DNA of 64,000 nt from Patescibacteria group bacterium (GTDB taxonomy: Bacteria; Patescibacteriota; Patescibacteriia; 2-12-FULL-57-11): NCBI GenBank assembly GCA_004297205.1, contig SCUL01000002.1, forward strand, positions 786,893 through 850,892, read 5' to 3'. Position 1 is the stretch's first letter. Every line of letters starts with the position of its first letter. Below the pieces are notes generated by a model. The model was not told where the DNA came from. It did not search any database and was given only the letters and a program-made list of their open reading frames with translations. Positions 1 through 8,818 of the stretch are shown piece after piece. The position numbers and the translations under genes are program-made.

Positions 1-1110
1 TCTGCTGGAAGCGACGGTCGAGCGCGGCGTCGTTCTCGATGTGTTTCTTGTATTCCTGGAACGTCGTGGCGCCGATGCAGCGGATGTCGCCGCGCGCCAG
101 CGAGGGCTTCAGAATGTTTGCCGCATCAAGCGAACCGGACGCGGAGCCCGCGCCGGTGATGGTGTGGACTTCATCGAGGAAGAGGATGATCTCGGGATGG
201 GTTTTGACCTCGTCGATGATCTGCTTGAGGCGTCCCTCGAATTCGCCGCGGTACATGGTGCCGGCGACGACGAGTGCCAGGTCGAGTGCGAGCACGCGCT
301 TCTTGCGCAAGGCGTCCGGCACGTCGCCGGCCACGATGCGGCGCGCCAACCCCTCGACGATGGCGGTTTTGCCGACGCCGGGTTCGCCCAAGAGCAGGGG
401 ATTGTTCTTGGTGCGGCGCGAAAGGATTTCCACGACGCGCTGGATTTCCGTTTCGCGGCCGACGACCGGATCGATGCGTTTCTGGACGTCGGGGCCGGTC
501 AGGTCGACGGTGAAGTAGTCGAGCGCCGGGGTTTTTGAGCCTTTCTTGCCGCGGCCGGGAACCGTTTCGGCCGGGCGCGGTTCGTCCTCACGGGGACGCG
601 GACGCTCCACGGCCTGCGTCAGCCCTTCTGCAAGCTCCGGAAATTTCGAGGTCGAGTTCAGGACGGTCGCGATCTGCGACTTCAGCGCCTCGACATCCAC
701 CTGTTGGCTGCCGAGCAGTTCGCCGAGACTGCCGTCGTCGGACGCCAGCATGCCGTGCAACAGGTGCTCGGTGCCGACGTACTTGTGTTCATGCTGGTTG
801 GCGGTATGGACCGCCTTCTCGATGGCGCGCTTTGTTTCCTCACCCAGCTGGGGCGGCGCCGGTTTCGCGTCGGGCGCCGTCGCGGCGGCGGTGCGCGCGG
901 CGATGCGCTCGCGCAGGACCTCGGGGGAGAGTTTCACGCGGCCCAGGATTTCCGCGCCGATCGAGCCGCGCTCCGTGAGCAGGCTCCAGAGCATGTGGTC
1001 GATGCCGATCGTTTCCGCGGAAAGCTCGTGCGCCAAGTTATAGGCGCGGACCAGGACGCTTTTGAGATGCGAGGTGAATTTTTCGAGCAGTTCCGGGTCC
1101 ATACGGCTTG
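1..1110 (-). CDS. Clp-family AAA+ chaperone ATPase (ClpC/ClpB-like), N-terminal portion; gene continues past the window start
   Basis: Reverse-strand translation from ATG at 1110 gives [42 protein letters not shown]..., two Clp_N repeats, then Walker [16 protein letters not shown] and ...[14 protein letters not shown]; not in the ORF track because it has no stop inside the window. Confidence 0.8.
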
Positions 1111-1242
1111 AGCGCGGGAAAGAGGCCGGTGAAAAACTTCAGATGCAAGGCGCGGGGAAGCGAGGCGCGAGCCGTACTTACTGCGTACGGTGAGCGCCGA
1201 GCGGGGCCCCGCAACGCAGCAGATGAAGAATTTTCAACGGCC

Positions 1243-1797
1243 TCAGAACTTCACTTGCGGCGCGGCGCGCTCTGCTTCATTGTTCAGTTCGAAGAACTCG
1301 CGTTTCGTGAAGCCGAACATGCCGGCGATGAGGTTCGTGGGAAACACCTGGAGCGCGGTGTTGTAGTCGCGGACGTTGCCGTTGTAGAAGCGGCGCGCGG
1401 CCTGGATCTTGTCCTCGGCGTCGCGCAGTTCGTTCTGGAGCTGCAGGAAGTTGGTCGAGGCTTTGAGCTCGGGATAGGCTTCGGCCACGGCGAAGAGCGA
1501 CTTGAGCGCGCCGGTCAGCATGTTTTCCGCTTTGGCGTGTTCCTCAAGCGTCTGCGCGCCCATGGCCATGTTGCGGGCCTTGGTGACGTTCTCGAAGACG
1601 GACGATTCGTGCTTGGCGTAGCCGCGCACCGTCTCCATCACGTTCGGGATGAGGTCGTAGCGGCGCTTCAGCTGCACGTCGATGTCCGACCACGCCTCGT
1701 CGACGCGGTTGCGCCGCGTGATGAGGTTGTTGTAGGTGAGGACGAACCAGGCGGCGAGCGCCACGGCGAGGCCCAGGAGAATCCAAACAAAATACAT
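1243..1797 (-). CDS. lemA: LemA family membrane protein
   Basis: 184 aa with an N-terminal TM helix and the characteristic LemA body (NNLITRRNRVDEAWSDIDVQLKRRYDLIPN...AEAYPELKAS...FYNGNVRDYNT). Confidence 0.85.
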   Translation of the reverse strand: MYFVWILLGLAVALAAWFVLTYNNLITRRNRVDEAWSDIDVQLKRRYDLIPNVMETVRGYAKHESSVFENVTKARNMAMGAQTLEEHAKAENMLTGALKSLFAVAEAYPELKASTNFLQLQNELRDAEDKIQAARRFYNGNVRDYNTALQVFPTNLIAGMFGFTKREFFELNNEAERAAPQVKF

Positions 1798-1861
1798 AGG
1801 GTTGCGAGCGGTGAATCTTCCTCTATACTATAGACGCCTTTAGAGCCACCTGACAAGCGTT

Positions 1862-3217
1862 ATGGGCATCCCCAAACACGTCTTCAAATCCTACGACATC
1901 CGCGGCCTCTCGCCGGGTGAAATCGACGCCGATGCGGCGCGTCTCCTGGGCCGCGCCGTCGTCGCGTACGGCGGTGCGAAGACCGTGCTCGTGGGCCGCG
2001 ACATGCGCGCCACGACGCCCGAGCTCGCCGCGGCGCTCATCGCCGGCATCATGGAACAAGGCGCGGACGTGGTCGACATGGGGCTGACCACGACGCCGAT
2101 GTTCTACTTTGCCACGGCCACGGCCGAAGCCGACGCCGGGGTCATGGTCACGGCTTCGCACAACCCGGCCCAATACAACGGCTTCAAGCTCTGCCGCGGC
2201 GACGCCGGCCCGATCGGCGCGGGCAGCGGCATGGAGGAGATCCGCGATGCCGTGCTGGCCGGAAATTTTTCGGACGCGGCGCGTCAGGGGAGCGTGCGCG
2301 AGATCGCGCTGCGCGATGCGTACATCGACAAAGTACTGTCGCTCGTGCCGGACGCCGCGCAGGCCGACATGACCGTCGCCGTTGATACGGGAAACGGCAT
2401 GGCCGGCCATGTTGTGCCCGCGCTGTTCGCCAAGCTGCCCGACGTCCGTCTCGAGGCCATGTACCTGGAGCTGGACGGCACGTTCCCGAACCATGAAGCG
2501 AATCCCATCAAGGAAGAAACGCTCGCGGATCTCAAAGCGGCGGTGAAAAAACACGGTGCGGCGCTCGGCATCGCCTACGACGGCGACGCCGACCGTGTCG
2601 GCTTCGTGGACGACCAGGGCGAGACGATTCCGGGCGATCTCGTTGCAGCGCTGGTCGCTCCTGAGCTGCTGCGCCAGAACCCGGGCGGCACGGTGCTGTC
2701 CGACGTGCGCTGCAGCCGGGTTGTGCCTGAGGAAGTGGAAAGGGCCGGCGGTGTCCACGTCATGAGCCGGGTGGGGCACGCCCACATCAAACGCCAGATG
2801 AAGGAGCTCGGCGCCGTCTTTGCCGGGGAGCTCTCCAGCCACTTCTACTTCCGCGACTTCTACGGCGTGGAATGCGCGGACGGCGTGGCGCTGATCCTGA
2901 TCGACCTGATCCGTCGCAGCGGCAAGCCGCTCTCGGAGCTGGTCCGGCCGTTGCGCCGCTACGCCCAGTCCGGCGAAATCAATTTCGAGATCGAAGACAA
3001 GGCCGGCGCCATCGCCCGTATCCGCGCCGCCTATGCTCCGGGCGCCGCGCAGATCATCGAACTCGACGGCATCCGCATCGAACACGACGACTGGTGGTGC
3101 TCGGTGCGCGCCTCGAATACCGAACCCGTGCTGCGCCTGAACGTCGAGGGCAAGAGTCGGGAAAAGATGGAGCAGATGCGCGATGCCATCGCGGCCTTGA
3201 TCCGCGGCGAGCAGTAA
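1862..3217 (+). CDS. phosphomannomutase/phosphoglucomutase (alpha-D-phosphohexomutase family)
   Basis: 451 aa; active-site serine loop TASHNPAQYNGFK; metal-binding DGDADR; typical length. Confidence 0.85.
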   Translation: MGIPKHVFKSYDIRGLSPGEIDADAARLLGRAVVAYGGAKTVLVGRDMRATTPELAAALIAGIMEQGADVVDMGLTTTPMFYFATATAEADAGVMVTASHNPAQYNGFKLCRGDAGPIGAGSGMEEIRDAVLAGNFSDAARQGSVREIALRDAYIDKVLSLVPDAAQADMTVAVDTGNGMAGHVVPALFAKLPDVRLEAMYLELDGTFPNHEANPIKEETLADLKAAVKKHGAALGIAYDGDADRVGFVDDQGETIPGDLVAALVAPELLRQNPGGTVLSDVRCSRVVPEEVERAGGVHVMSRVGHAHIKRQMKELGAVFAGELSSHFYFRDFYGVECADGVALILIDLIRRSGKPLSELVRPLRRYAQSGEINFEIEDKAGAIARIRAAYAPGAAQIIELDGIRIEHDDWWCSVRASNTEPVLRLNVEGKSREKMEQMRDAIAALIRGEQ

Positions 3218-3225
3218 CACGTCCT

Positions 3226-5670
3226 GTGCGACCCAAAGCCACCGCACTCCACTTTCTGGGATACACGTTTGATGCCGCCTCGGCGACGGCCACCTTTGCG
3301 TACCAGATCCGCTTCTCCAACCGCGCGCCGCTCGACTTTACGGAGACGATCACGCTGCCGTCCGCCCGTACGGAGCTGAACGCCGATCAGCTCGCGCGGT
3401 TCCTGGAGCCGCTGCATCTCATCCTCGGCATCAGCTATTACAAGATCTACTGCCCGCCGAAGATCGTGCTGCCGTTCCGGCTTTCCCGGGCGCAGGCTGA
3501 TTTTTGGAACACGGTCTACCGCAAGGGGCTCGGGGAATTCCTGTACGTGAACAAGCTGTCCTCGTCCGCGCTGGCGCGTTTTCCGCACGGGGTCGTCGCT
3601 CCCACCCCGGCGCGCGTGGCGACGACAGATGCGGCGCTCCTGGGTATCGGCGGCGGCAAGGATTCGATCGTGGCCGCCGAGCTGCTCAAGGAACTGCCGG
3701 AGCCTCTCCGGGTGTCGTCGTTTTTGGTGGAGACCCAGCGGCGCGATCCGATCGCCCGGCGCGTCATGGGCGCGATCGGGTTTCCCGCGTACGTCGTCCG
3801 CCGCACGCTTGACCCGAAACTGTTCCAGCTGCACGAAGGCGCGTACAACGGCCACATTCCCGTGTCGGCGGTGTTCGCGTTCATCGGGCTGTTCGCCGCC
3901 GCGTCCACCGGCCGCAGATACGTCATCGTCGGCAACGAGGTGAGCAGCAACGCCGGGAACCTCACCTGGCGGGGCGAGATGATCAACCACCAGTGGAGCA
4001 AGTCCGCGGAGTTCGAAGCGCTGCTTCAGGACTACACGCGGCGTTTCATCTCCCCGGACGTCACGTATTTCTCCCTGCTGCGCCAGTTCTACGAGATCCG
4101 CGTCGTCGAACAGTTCAGCAAACACCCGCGCTACTTTCGGCTGTTTACGAGCTGCAACCGCAGCTTCCGCGTGCACAAGGAGCGGCCCGGGACGCTTTGG
4201 TGCGGCGCCTGCCCGAAATGCGCCTACGTCTTCCTGATTCTTGCGCCGTTCCTGCCCAAGAAGACACTGATCGGCATCTTCGGCAAGGACCTGCTCGCCG
4301 ACGCCGCGCTGCTCCCGCTCTACGCGGACGTGCTCGGCTTTGGCACGGCCAAACCGTTCGACTGCGTCGGGACGTTTGAGGAAGCGCAGGCTGCGCTGTT
4401 CCTCGCCGCCAAGACGTTTCCGCGGGCCGCGGCGGTGAATGCGTACCTGCGCAAGGTGGCCAAGCCCGCGGAGAAGGTCCGCCAGGTGTTCCGCACGGTG
4501 CCGGCGCCGACCCTGCCCACGCCGTTCCGCTTTGCCGGGATGCGCAGCGTCGTCCTGCTTGGCTACGGCAAGGAGGGGAAGGTGAGCGAGCGGTACCTGA
4601 AAAAGTTCTATCCGCAGCTCACGATCGGGGTGCTGGATGAAGCGCGCGATCCGCGGTACCTGGAAAAGCAGCACGCCTTTGATCTGGCCGTGAAGACGCC
4701 GGGGATCCCGAAGCGCCTGGTAACGATCCCGTACGTCACGGCCACGAACCTCTTTTTCAGCCGCGTGAAGAACACCACGGTCGGCGTGACCGGCACCAAA
4801 GGCAAGAGCACCACCACGGCGCTCATCCACGACATGCTCGCGGCCGGCGGGCGGAAGGTGCGCCAGGTGGGCAACAACGGGCGGCCGATGCTCGAGGTGC
4901 TCCTCGGCCGGATCGACCCCGACGAGATCTTCGTCGTGGAACTCTCGAGCTACATGCTCGACGACATTCTGTATTCCCCGCGGGTGGCGCTGCTCCTCAA
5001 CCTGTTTCCGGAGCACATGAACTACCACGGCGGTGTGGCGCCGTATTACGCCGCCAAGCAGCACATCTTCACCTTCCAAAAGCCGGGCGACGTGGCGCTC
5101 CGCCCGCCGTTTCCCCGCGTCCCTGCGTTGCTCCGGACGCATACGCGGCTTGCCGGGGAGCACAACCGCAAGAACATCCTGGCTGCAGCCGCAGCGGCGC
5201 GTGTCTTCAAGGTTCCGGAAGCGGCGATGCGCCGGGCCGTGCGCGGCTTCACGCCGCTGCCGCACCGGCTGGAGAACGTCGGCACGTACCGCGGGATCAC
5301 GTTCTACGACGACGCCATTTCCACCACGCCGGAGTCGACCATCGCAGCGCTGCGGGCGATCCCCAACGTGCGCACCATCTTCCTGGGTGGCCTCGACCGC
5401 GGCTATGACTTCCGCGCGTTGGAAAAGGAGCTGCGCCGCCGCAAGGTGAAGAACGTGGTGCTGTTCCCGGACAGCGGGAAGCGTATCCTGCGTTCGCGCA
5501 AAGGCTTCACCGTGCTCGAGACGCGCAGCATGAAGGCGGCGGTTGCGTTCGCGTACGCGCATACGCCCGCCGGAGCGGTCTGCCTGCTGTCGACGGCCTC
5601 GCCCAGCTACTCCGTCTGGAAGAACTTCGAGGAGAAGGGTGATATGTTCAAGAGGTACGTGAGAGGGTAG
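3226..5670 (+). CDS. murD: Two-domain fusion: N-terminal PP-loop (QueC-like) ATP-pyrophosphatase-type domain plus C-terminal complete MurD-type UDP-N-acetylmuramoyl-L-alanine--glutamate ligase
   Basis: Continuous ORF; probable GTG start at 3226 just after the pgm stop, and no in-frame ATG for the first ~180 codons. N-terminal part has the PP-loop GIGGGKDS and a Cys cluster SC-x17-CGACPKC (QueC-like CxxCxxC). C-terminal part aligns along its length with E. coli MurD: VGVTGTKGKSTTTALI (P-loop), GNNGRPML, VVELSSYMLDDI, LLNLFPEHMNYHG, LAGEHNRKNILAAA, FTPLPHRLE, YDDAISTTPESTIAAL, LLSTASPSYSVWKNFEEKGDMF. Confidence 0.75.
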   Translation: MRPKATALHFLGYTFDAASATATFAYQIRFSNRAPLDFTETITLPSARTELNADQLARFLEPLHLILGISYYKIYCPPKIVLPFRLSRAQADFWNTVYRKGLGEFLYVNKLSSSALARFPHGVVAPTPARVATTDAALLGIGGGKDSIVAAELLKELPEPLRVSSFLVETQRRDPIARRVMGAIGFPAYVVRRTLDPKLFQLHEGAYNGHIPVSAVFAFIGLFAAASTGRRYVIVGNEVSSNAGNLTWRGEMINHQWSKSAEFEALLQDYTRRFISPDVTYFSLLRQFYEIRVVEQFSKHPRYFRLFTSCNRSFRVHKERPGTLWCGACPKCAYVFLILAPFLPKKTLIGIFGKDLLADAALLPLYADVLGFGTAKPFDCVGTFEEAQAALFLAAKTFPRAAAVNAYLRKVAKPAEKVRQVFRTVPAPTLPTPFRFAGMRSVVLLGYGKEGKVSERYLKKFYPQLTIGVLDEARDPRYLEKQHAFDLAVKTPGIPKRLVTIPYVTATNLFFSRVKNTTVGVTGTKGKSTTTALIHDMLAAGGRKVRQVGNNGRPMLEVLLGRIDPDEIFVVELSSYMLDDILYSPRVALLLNLFPEHMNYHGGVAPYYAAKQHIFTFQKPGDVALRPPFPRVPALLRTHTRLAGEHNRKNILAAAAAARVFKVPEAAMRRAVRGFTPLPHRLENVGTYRGITFYDDAISTTPESTIAALRAIPNVRTIFLGGLDRGYDFRALEKELRRRKVKNVVLFPDSGKRILRSRKGFTVLETRSMKAAVAFAYAHTPAGAVCLLSTASPSYSVWKNFEEKGDMFKRYVRG

Positions 5671-5679
5671 AGTAGCCCC

Positions 5680-6777
5680 ATGTTTTTCACTGCGATCATC
5701 TTCCTCGTCGTCCTCTCCGTGCTCGTCTTCGTGCACGAATTCGGGCACTTCATCACCGCCAAGAAGCTCGGCGTGCGCGTCGATGAATTCGGCTTCGGAT
5801 TCCCGCCGCGGGCTTTTTTCGTGAAGCGCGGCGGCACGGTGTATTCCCTCAACTGGATTCCGTTGGGCGGCTTCGTGAAGATCAAAGGCGAGATGGCGGA
5901 GGAGGCCACCGGCCGCGACAGCTTTGCCACGCAGAGCGCGCCGCGCCGGTTGGTCATTCTCGCCGCGGGCGTCGTCATGAACATGCTGCTCGCGTGGTTC
6001 CTCTTTTCCGTGGGCACCATGATCGGGCTGACCGAGACGGTCGACGCCGTGCATCCCTCGGCCACGGTCCGGAATCGCGCCGTGACCGTGACCGACGTTC
6101 TTCCGGATTCTCCCGCGGCGGCAACCGGCATCGGCTACGGCGACAACATCATCGCGGTGAACGGCGCGTCCATCACCGAAGTTGCCGCGCTCCAGGAAAT
6201 GCTGCGCGGCGCTTCCGGGGAAGTGGTGCTGACACTGAAGCGCGGCCAGGCCTCGCGCGAGGTGCGCGTCACGCCGGTCCTGCTGGAGCAAACCGGCAAA
6301 CCGGGCATCGGCGTCGGGCTCCTCGAAACCGGCAAGGTGTCCTACCCGTTCTGGTACGCGCCCGTCCGCGGCGCGCAGGTCACCGTGATGAACACGCTGG
6401 CCGTGTTCCAGGCCTTCGGCGGACTTATCGTCGGACTCGTTTCCGGCAAAGGGGTGAGCGCCGATGTGGCCGGCCCGGTCGGGATTGCCGTCGCCACCGG
6501 CGAAGTGGCGCGGCTCGGCTTCATTTATCTTCTGCAGTTCACGGCGCTGCTTTCGATCAACCTCGCCGTCATCAACATCCTGCCGCTGCCCGCGCTCGAC
6601 GGCGGTCGCGTGCTGTTTCTGATCATCGAAAAGATCCGCCGCAAGCCGGTTGACCGCCGGATCGAGGGGATTGTGCACCAGATTGGATTTGCCATGCTCC
6701 TCCTCCTGGCGCTTCTCGTCACCATCCAGGACGTCCGCCGTTTCGGGGGGCAGATCATTGATGGATTGATGCGGTGA
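5680..6777 (+). CDS. rseP: RIP zinc metalloprotease RseP (site-2 protease, M50 family with PDZ domain)
   Basis: HEFGHF zinc motif in the first TM helix, a central PDZ-like region, and a C-terminal LDGG motif (NILPLPALDGGRVLF). Confidence 0.85.
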   Translation: MFFTAIIFLVVLSVLVFVHEFGHFITAKKLGVRVDEFGFGFPPRAFFVKRGGTVYSLNWIPLGGFVKIKGEMAEEATGRDSFATQSAPRRLVILAAGVVMNMLLAWFLFSVGTMIGLTETVDAVHPSATVRNRAVTVTDVLPDSPAAATGIGYGDNIIAVNGASITEVAALQEMLRGASGEVVLTLKRGQASREVRVTPVLLEQTGKPGIGVGLLETGKVSYPFWYAPVRGAQVTVMNTLAVFQAFGGLIVGLVSGKGVSADVAGPVGIAVATGEVARLGFIYLLQFTALLSINLAVINILPLPALDGGRVLFLIIEKIRRKPVDRRIEGIVHQIGFAMLLLLALLVTIQDVRRFGGQIIDGLMR

Positions 6778-6872
6778 CGACCCTCCCGTCCCTCCCTTGA
6801 CAAGGGAGGGATTGCACGAGAATTCCCCTCCTTGTCAAGGAGGGGATGGGGTGGTCCACCAACGGGTCGCCG

Positions 6873-6899
6873 GTTGACACGACCGGCGTTTTCGTATAC
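6873..6899 (+). promoter_or_regulatory. sigma70-like promoter (TTGACA-N15-TATACC) for the hypothetical gene at 6968; the -35 sits inside the inverted repeat CGCCGGTTGACACGACCGGCG
   Basis: Hexamer match and spacing read directly; followed by the strong SD GAGAGGAGGA 5 nt before the ATG at 6968. Confidence 0.4.
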
Positions 6900-6967
6900 C
6901 AAGAGACCGTCATGTCGGCTCCGGGACGGTCCCTGGAATGGCGTGATGCAACGAGAGGAGGATTGTC

Positions 6968-7534
6968 ATGGCGAAGCATATCGTCACCGGCGATCAGTAT
7001 CGGACGATTGACAGGCGGATGCGCGAGATCAAGCGGATGCTCGACCAAAAGAACGGCAGCCCGCTCGATCCGGAGGAGGTGGCCGAGCACCTGCAGAGGA
7101 TCATCGATCAGCCGTCATCCATCATCGACTGCTCCCTGCAGCCGATGATCCCCGAGGGCTGGTCCATCCGCGAAGAGGACCAGATCAAGAGCCGCTTCCA
7201 GGGCGAGCTGATCTGGAGTCCGGAGAAGATCGGTCTCCACCTCGACGAGGCTCAGAAGACGGGCTCGATCGTCGGGAACGAGCTGCGGAAGAAGCTCGAG
7301 GGCCAGCCGGTGCTCCCGGCCAAGGTCCTCGACTACCTGCTCGCCCACCCGGCGCTCATCCCGCCGGACTGGAAGGGGAAGTACGTCTATTTCTGGGGCA
7401 GCGTCTACCGCCGCTCGGACGGCAACGCCTCGGTCCGTTGCCTCTACTGGGGCGACAGGGGCTGGTATTGGCTCAGCTACCGGCTTGGCCACTACTGGGG
7501 CCACCGGGACCCCGGTGCGGTCCTCGCGGGTTAG
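6968..7534 (+). CDS. hypothetical protein with a W/Y/G-rich C-terminus
   Basis: 188-aa ORF with strong SD GAGGAGGA and an upstream promoter-like element; C-terminal ...YWGDRGWYWLSYRLGHYWGHRDPG; no recognisable domain. Confidence 0.5.
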   Translation: MAKHIVTGDQYRTIDRRMREIKRMLDQKNGSPLDPEEVAEHLQRIIDQPSSIIDCSLQPMIPEGWSIREEDQIKSRFQGELIWSPEKIGLHLDEAQKTGSIVGNELRKKLEGQPVLPAKVLDYLLAHPALIPPDWKGKYVYFWGSVYRRSDGNASVRCLYWGDRGWYWLSYRLGHYWGHRDPGAVLAG

Positions 7535-7536
7535 GA

Positions 7537-7594
7537 CCTTGGTGCGTGGTCCCTTGGTCGATGAGACCTTGGAAGCATGGCCCTTGGATACGCG
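7537..7594 (+). repeat. four tandem degenerate 15-bp repeats with a conserved CCTTGG core (period exactly 15 bp) at the start of the pheS upstream region
   Basis: CCTTGG at 7537, 7552, 7567 and 7582; the units are gaCCTTGGtgcgtgg / tcCCTTGGtcgatga / gaCCTTGGaagcatg / gcCCTTGGatacgcg. Confidence 0.6.
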
Positions 7595-7656
7595 GCCTCA
7601 TCTCCACTTCGACTGTCCGCAGTCGGGGCGCGAGATGGGGCTCTTTTTATCTTGTC

Positions 7657-7734
7657 ATTCCCACGGAAGTGGGAATCCAGAACGACCGGTTGTCTGGATC
7701 CCCGCGTCCGCGGGGATGACAAAACCAAAGGTTT
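7657..7734 (+). promoter_or_regulatory. structured 5' leader upstream of pheS with three perfect hairpins: ATTCCCAC-ggaa-GTGGGAAT, ATCCCCGCG-tc-CGCGGGGAT and AAACC-aaa-GGTTT
   Basis: Inverted repeats read directly; none is followed by a U-run; no Phe-rich leader peptide and no T-box consensus found. Confidence 0.4.
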
Positions 7735-7752
7735 TCCCTAAACTACTCCCGT

Positions 7753-8817
7753 ATGTCCCTGCGCGACGCGCTCGACAAAGTCCGTACTGCGGCCATTAAA
7801 GACGTGCTTGCCGCCGGCTCCGCCGCGGAGCTCACGCGCGTCCGCGTCCATTACCTCGGCCGCAAAGGCGAGCTGACGCTGCGTCTCAAGGAACTGGCCG
7901 ACCTGCCGGAGAAGGAACGCAAGGCCGCCGGAGAAGCCGGCAACCAGGTCAAAGTCGCCATTGAAAAGGAGCTGTCCCGCCGGGAAGCGGATTTTGCCTC
8001 GACCGCGTCCGCGAAGATCGGCGAGACCGAGTGGATCGACGTGACCGCGCCGGGCACGCCGGTGCCGGAGGGACACCTCCACCTCACGACCCAGGCCATC
8101 CGCGAAATCACCGCCCTCTTCCGGCGGCTCGGCTTTACGCGCGTCCGCTACCCCGAAGCCGACTACGATTGGTACGCCTTTGAGGCGTTGAACATGCCGC
8201 CGGACCATCCGGCCCGTGACGAGTGGGAGACGTTCTTCGTCGACCTGCCGCCGGGGGAGAAGGGCAAGGTCGTGCTCACTCCGCATACCTCGAACGGCCA
8301 GATCCACGAGCTCGAACGCAAGGAGCTGCCGATCCGCATGATCAACATCTCCAAGTGCTACCGCCGCCAGTCGGATGTTTCGCACGTGCCGATGTTCCAC
8401 CAGTTCGAGGGGCTCGTGATCGACAAAGGGATCAGCGTGACGCACTTGAAAGGCGTGCTCGACCACTTCGCCAAGGCGTATTTCGGCGCGGATCGGCGCA
8501 CGCGCCTGCGGCCGTTCCACTTCCGGTTCACGGAACCGTCCTTTGAAGTCGACATCTCCTGCGACATCTGCGGCGGAACGGGCCTCCTCGCGGGCGGGGC
8601 CGTCTGCCGGTTGTGCAAGCAGGGCTGGGTCGAGCTCGGCGGCGCGGGCATGGTGCATCCGAACGTCCTCAAAGCGACCGGCGTCGACCCCGAGCAGTGG
8701 GGCGGCTTCGCCTTCGGCTGGGGCGTGGAGCGCACCTTCATGATGAAAGCCGGCGTGAAGATCGACGACCTCCGCGTCCTCTACAAGAACGACCTGCATT
8801 TCTTGCATCAGTTCTAG
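7753..8817 (+). CDS. pheS: phenylalanine--tRNA ligase alpha subunit
   Basis: 354 aa; class II aaRS core with FRxE/GLxxDK-type motifs (RPFHFRFTEPSFEVD, GAGMVHPNVL) and a Cys-rich insertion CDICGGTG...CRLCKQG. Confidence 0.9.
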   Translation: MSLRDALDKVRTAAIKDVLAAGSAAELTRVRVHYLGRKGELTLRLKELADLPEKERKAAGEAGNQVKVAIEKELSRREADFASTASAKIGETEWIDVTAPGTPVPEGHLHLTTQAIREITALFRRLGFTRVRYPEADYDWYAFEALNMPPDHPARDEWETFFVDLPPGEKGKVVLTPHTSNGQIHELERKELPIRMINISKCYRRQSDVSHVPMFHQFEGLVIDKGISVTHLKGVLDHFAKAYFGADRRTRLRPFHFRFTEPSFEVDISCDICGGTGLLAGGAVCRLCKQGWVELGGAGMVHPNVLKATGVDPEQWGGFAFGWGVERTFMMKAGVKIDDLRVLYKNDLHFLHQF

Positions 8818-8818
8818 T

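Noticed and set aside
1111-1242. CtsR box, CIRCE or sigma32 promoter upstream of the Clp ATPase gene
   Set aside because: Only generic GC palindromes (CCGTAC-N7-GTACGG; GCGGGGCCCCGC) and a TTGAAA hexamer without a matching CCCCAT -10; no GGTCAAA repeats and no TTAGCACTC-N9-GAGTGCTAA.
2872-3225. Upstream extension of the murD-fusion ORF overlapping the phosphomannomutase gene
   Set aside because: Overlaps 346 nt of a well-supported gene in another frame. A GTG at 3226 immediately after the pgm stop gives a sensible start.
3031-6678. 1215-aa minus-strand ORF (and similar giants at 12319..16326, 15690..19736, 9597..11663, 1823..3247, 27524..29299, 51856..53451, 55038..56963, 57262..59493, 59594..63592 on the minus strand; 37928..39949 on the plus strand)
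   Set aside because: Each is fully antisense to genes with clear homology (murD fusion/rseP, dnaE, thrS, pheT, pgm, miaA, pyrC, gap, pgk, eno/gpmI, gyrB). Their translations are R/G/A/P-rich with no motifs, which is the typical long stop-free antisense frame of a ~68% GC genome.
7537-7594. Possible CRISPR array
   Set aside because: Only four degenerate 15-bp units, far shorter than CRISPR repeats; no spacer-like unique sequences and no cas genes.
7535-7752. Phe-rich attenuator leader peptide or T-box riboswitch controlling pheS
   Set aside because: The small ORFs in the region encode no Phe runs, and no AAUUAGGGUGGNACCGCG-like T-box sequence is found. The hairpins are reported only as an uncharacterised structured leader.
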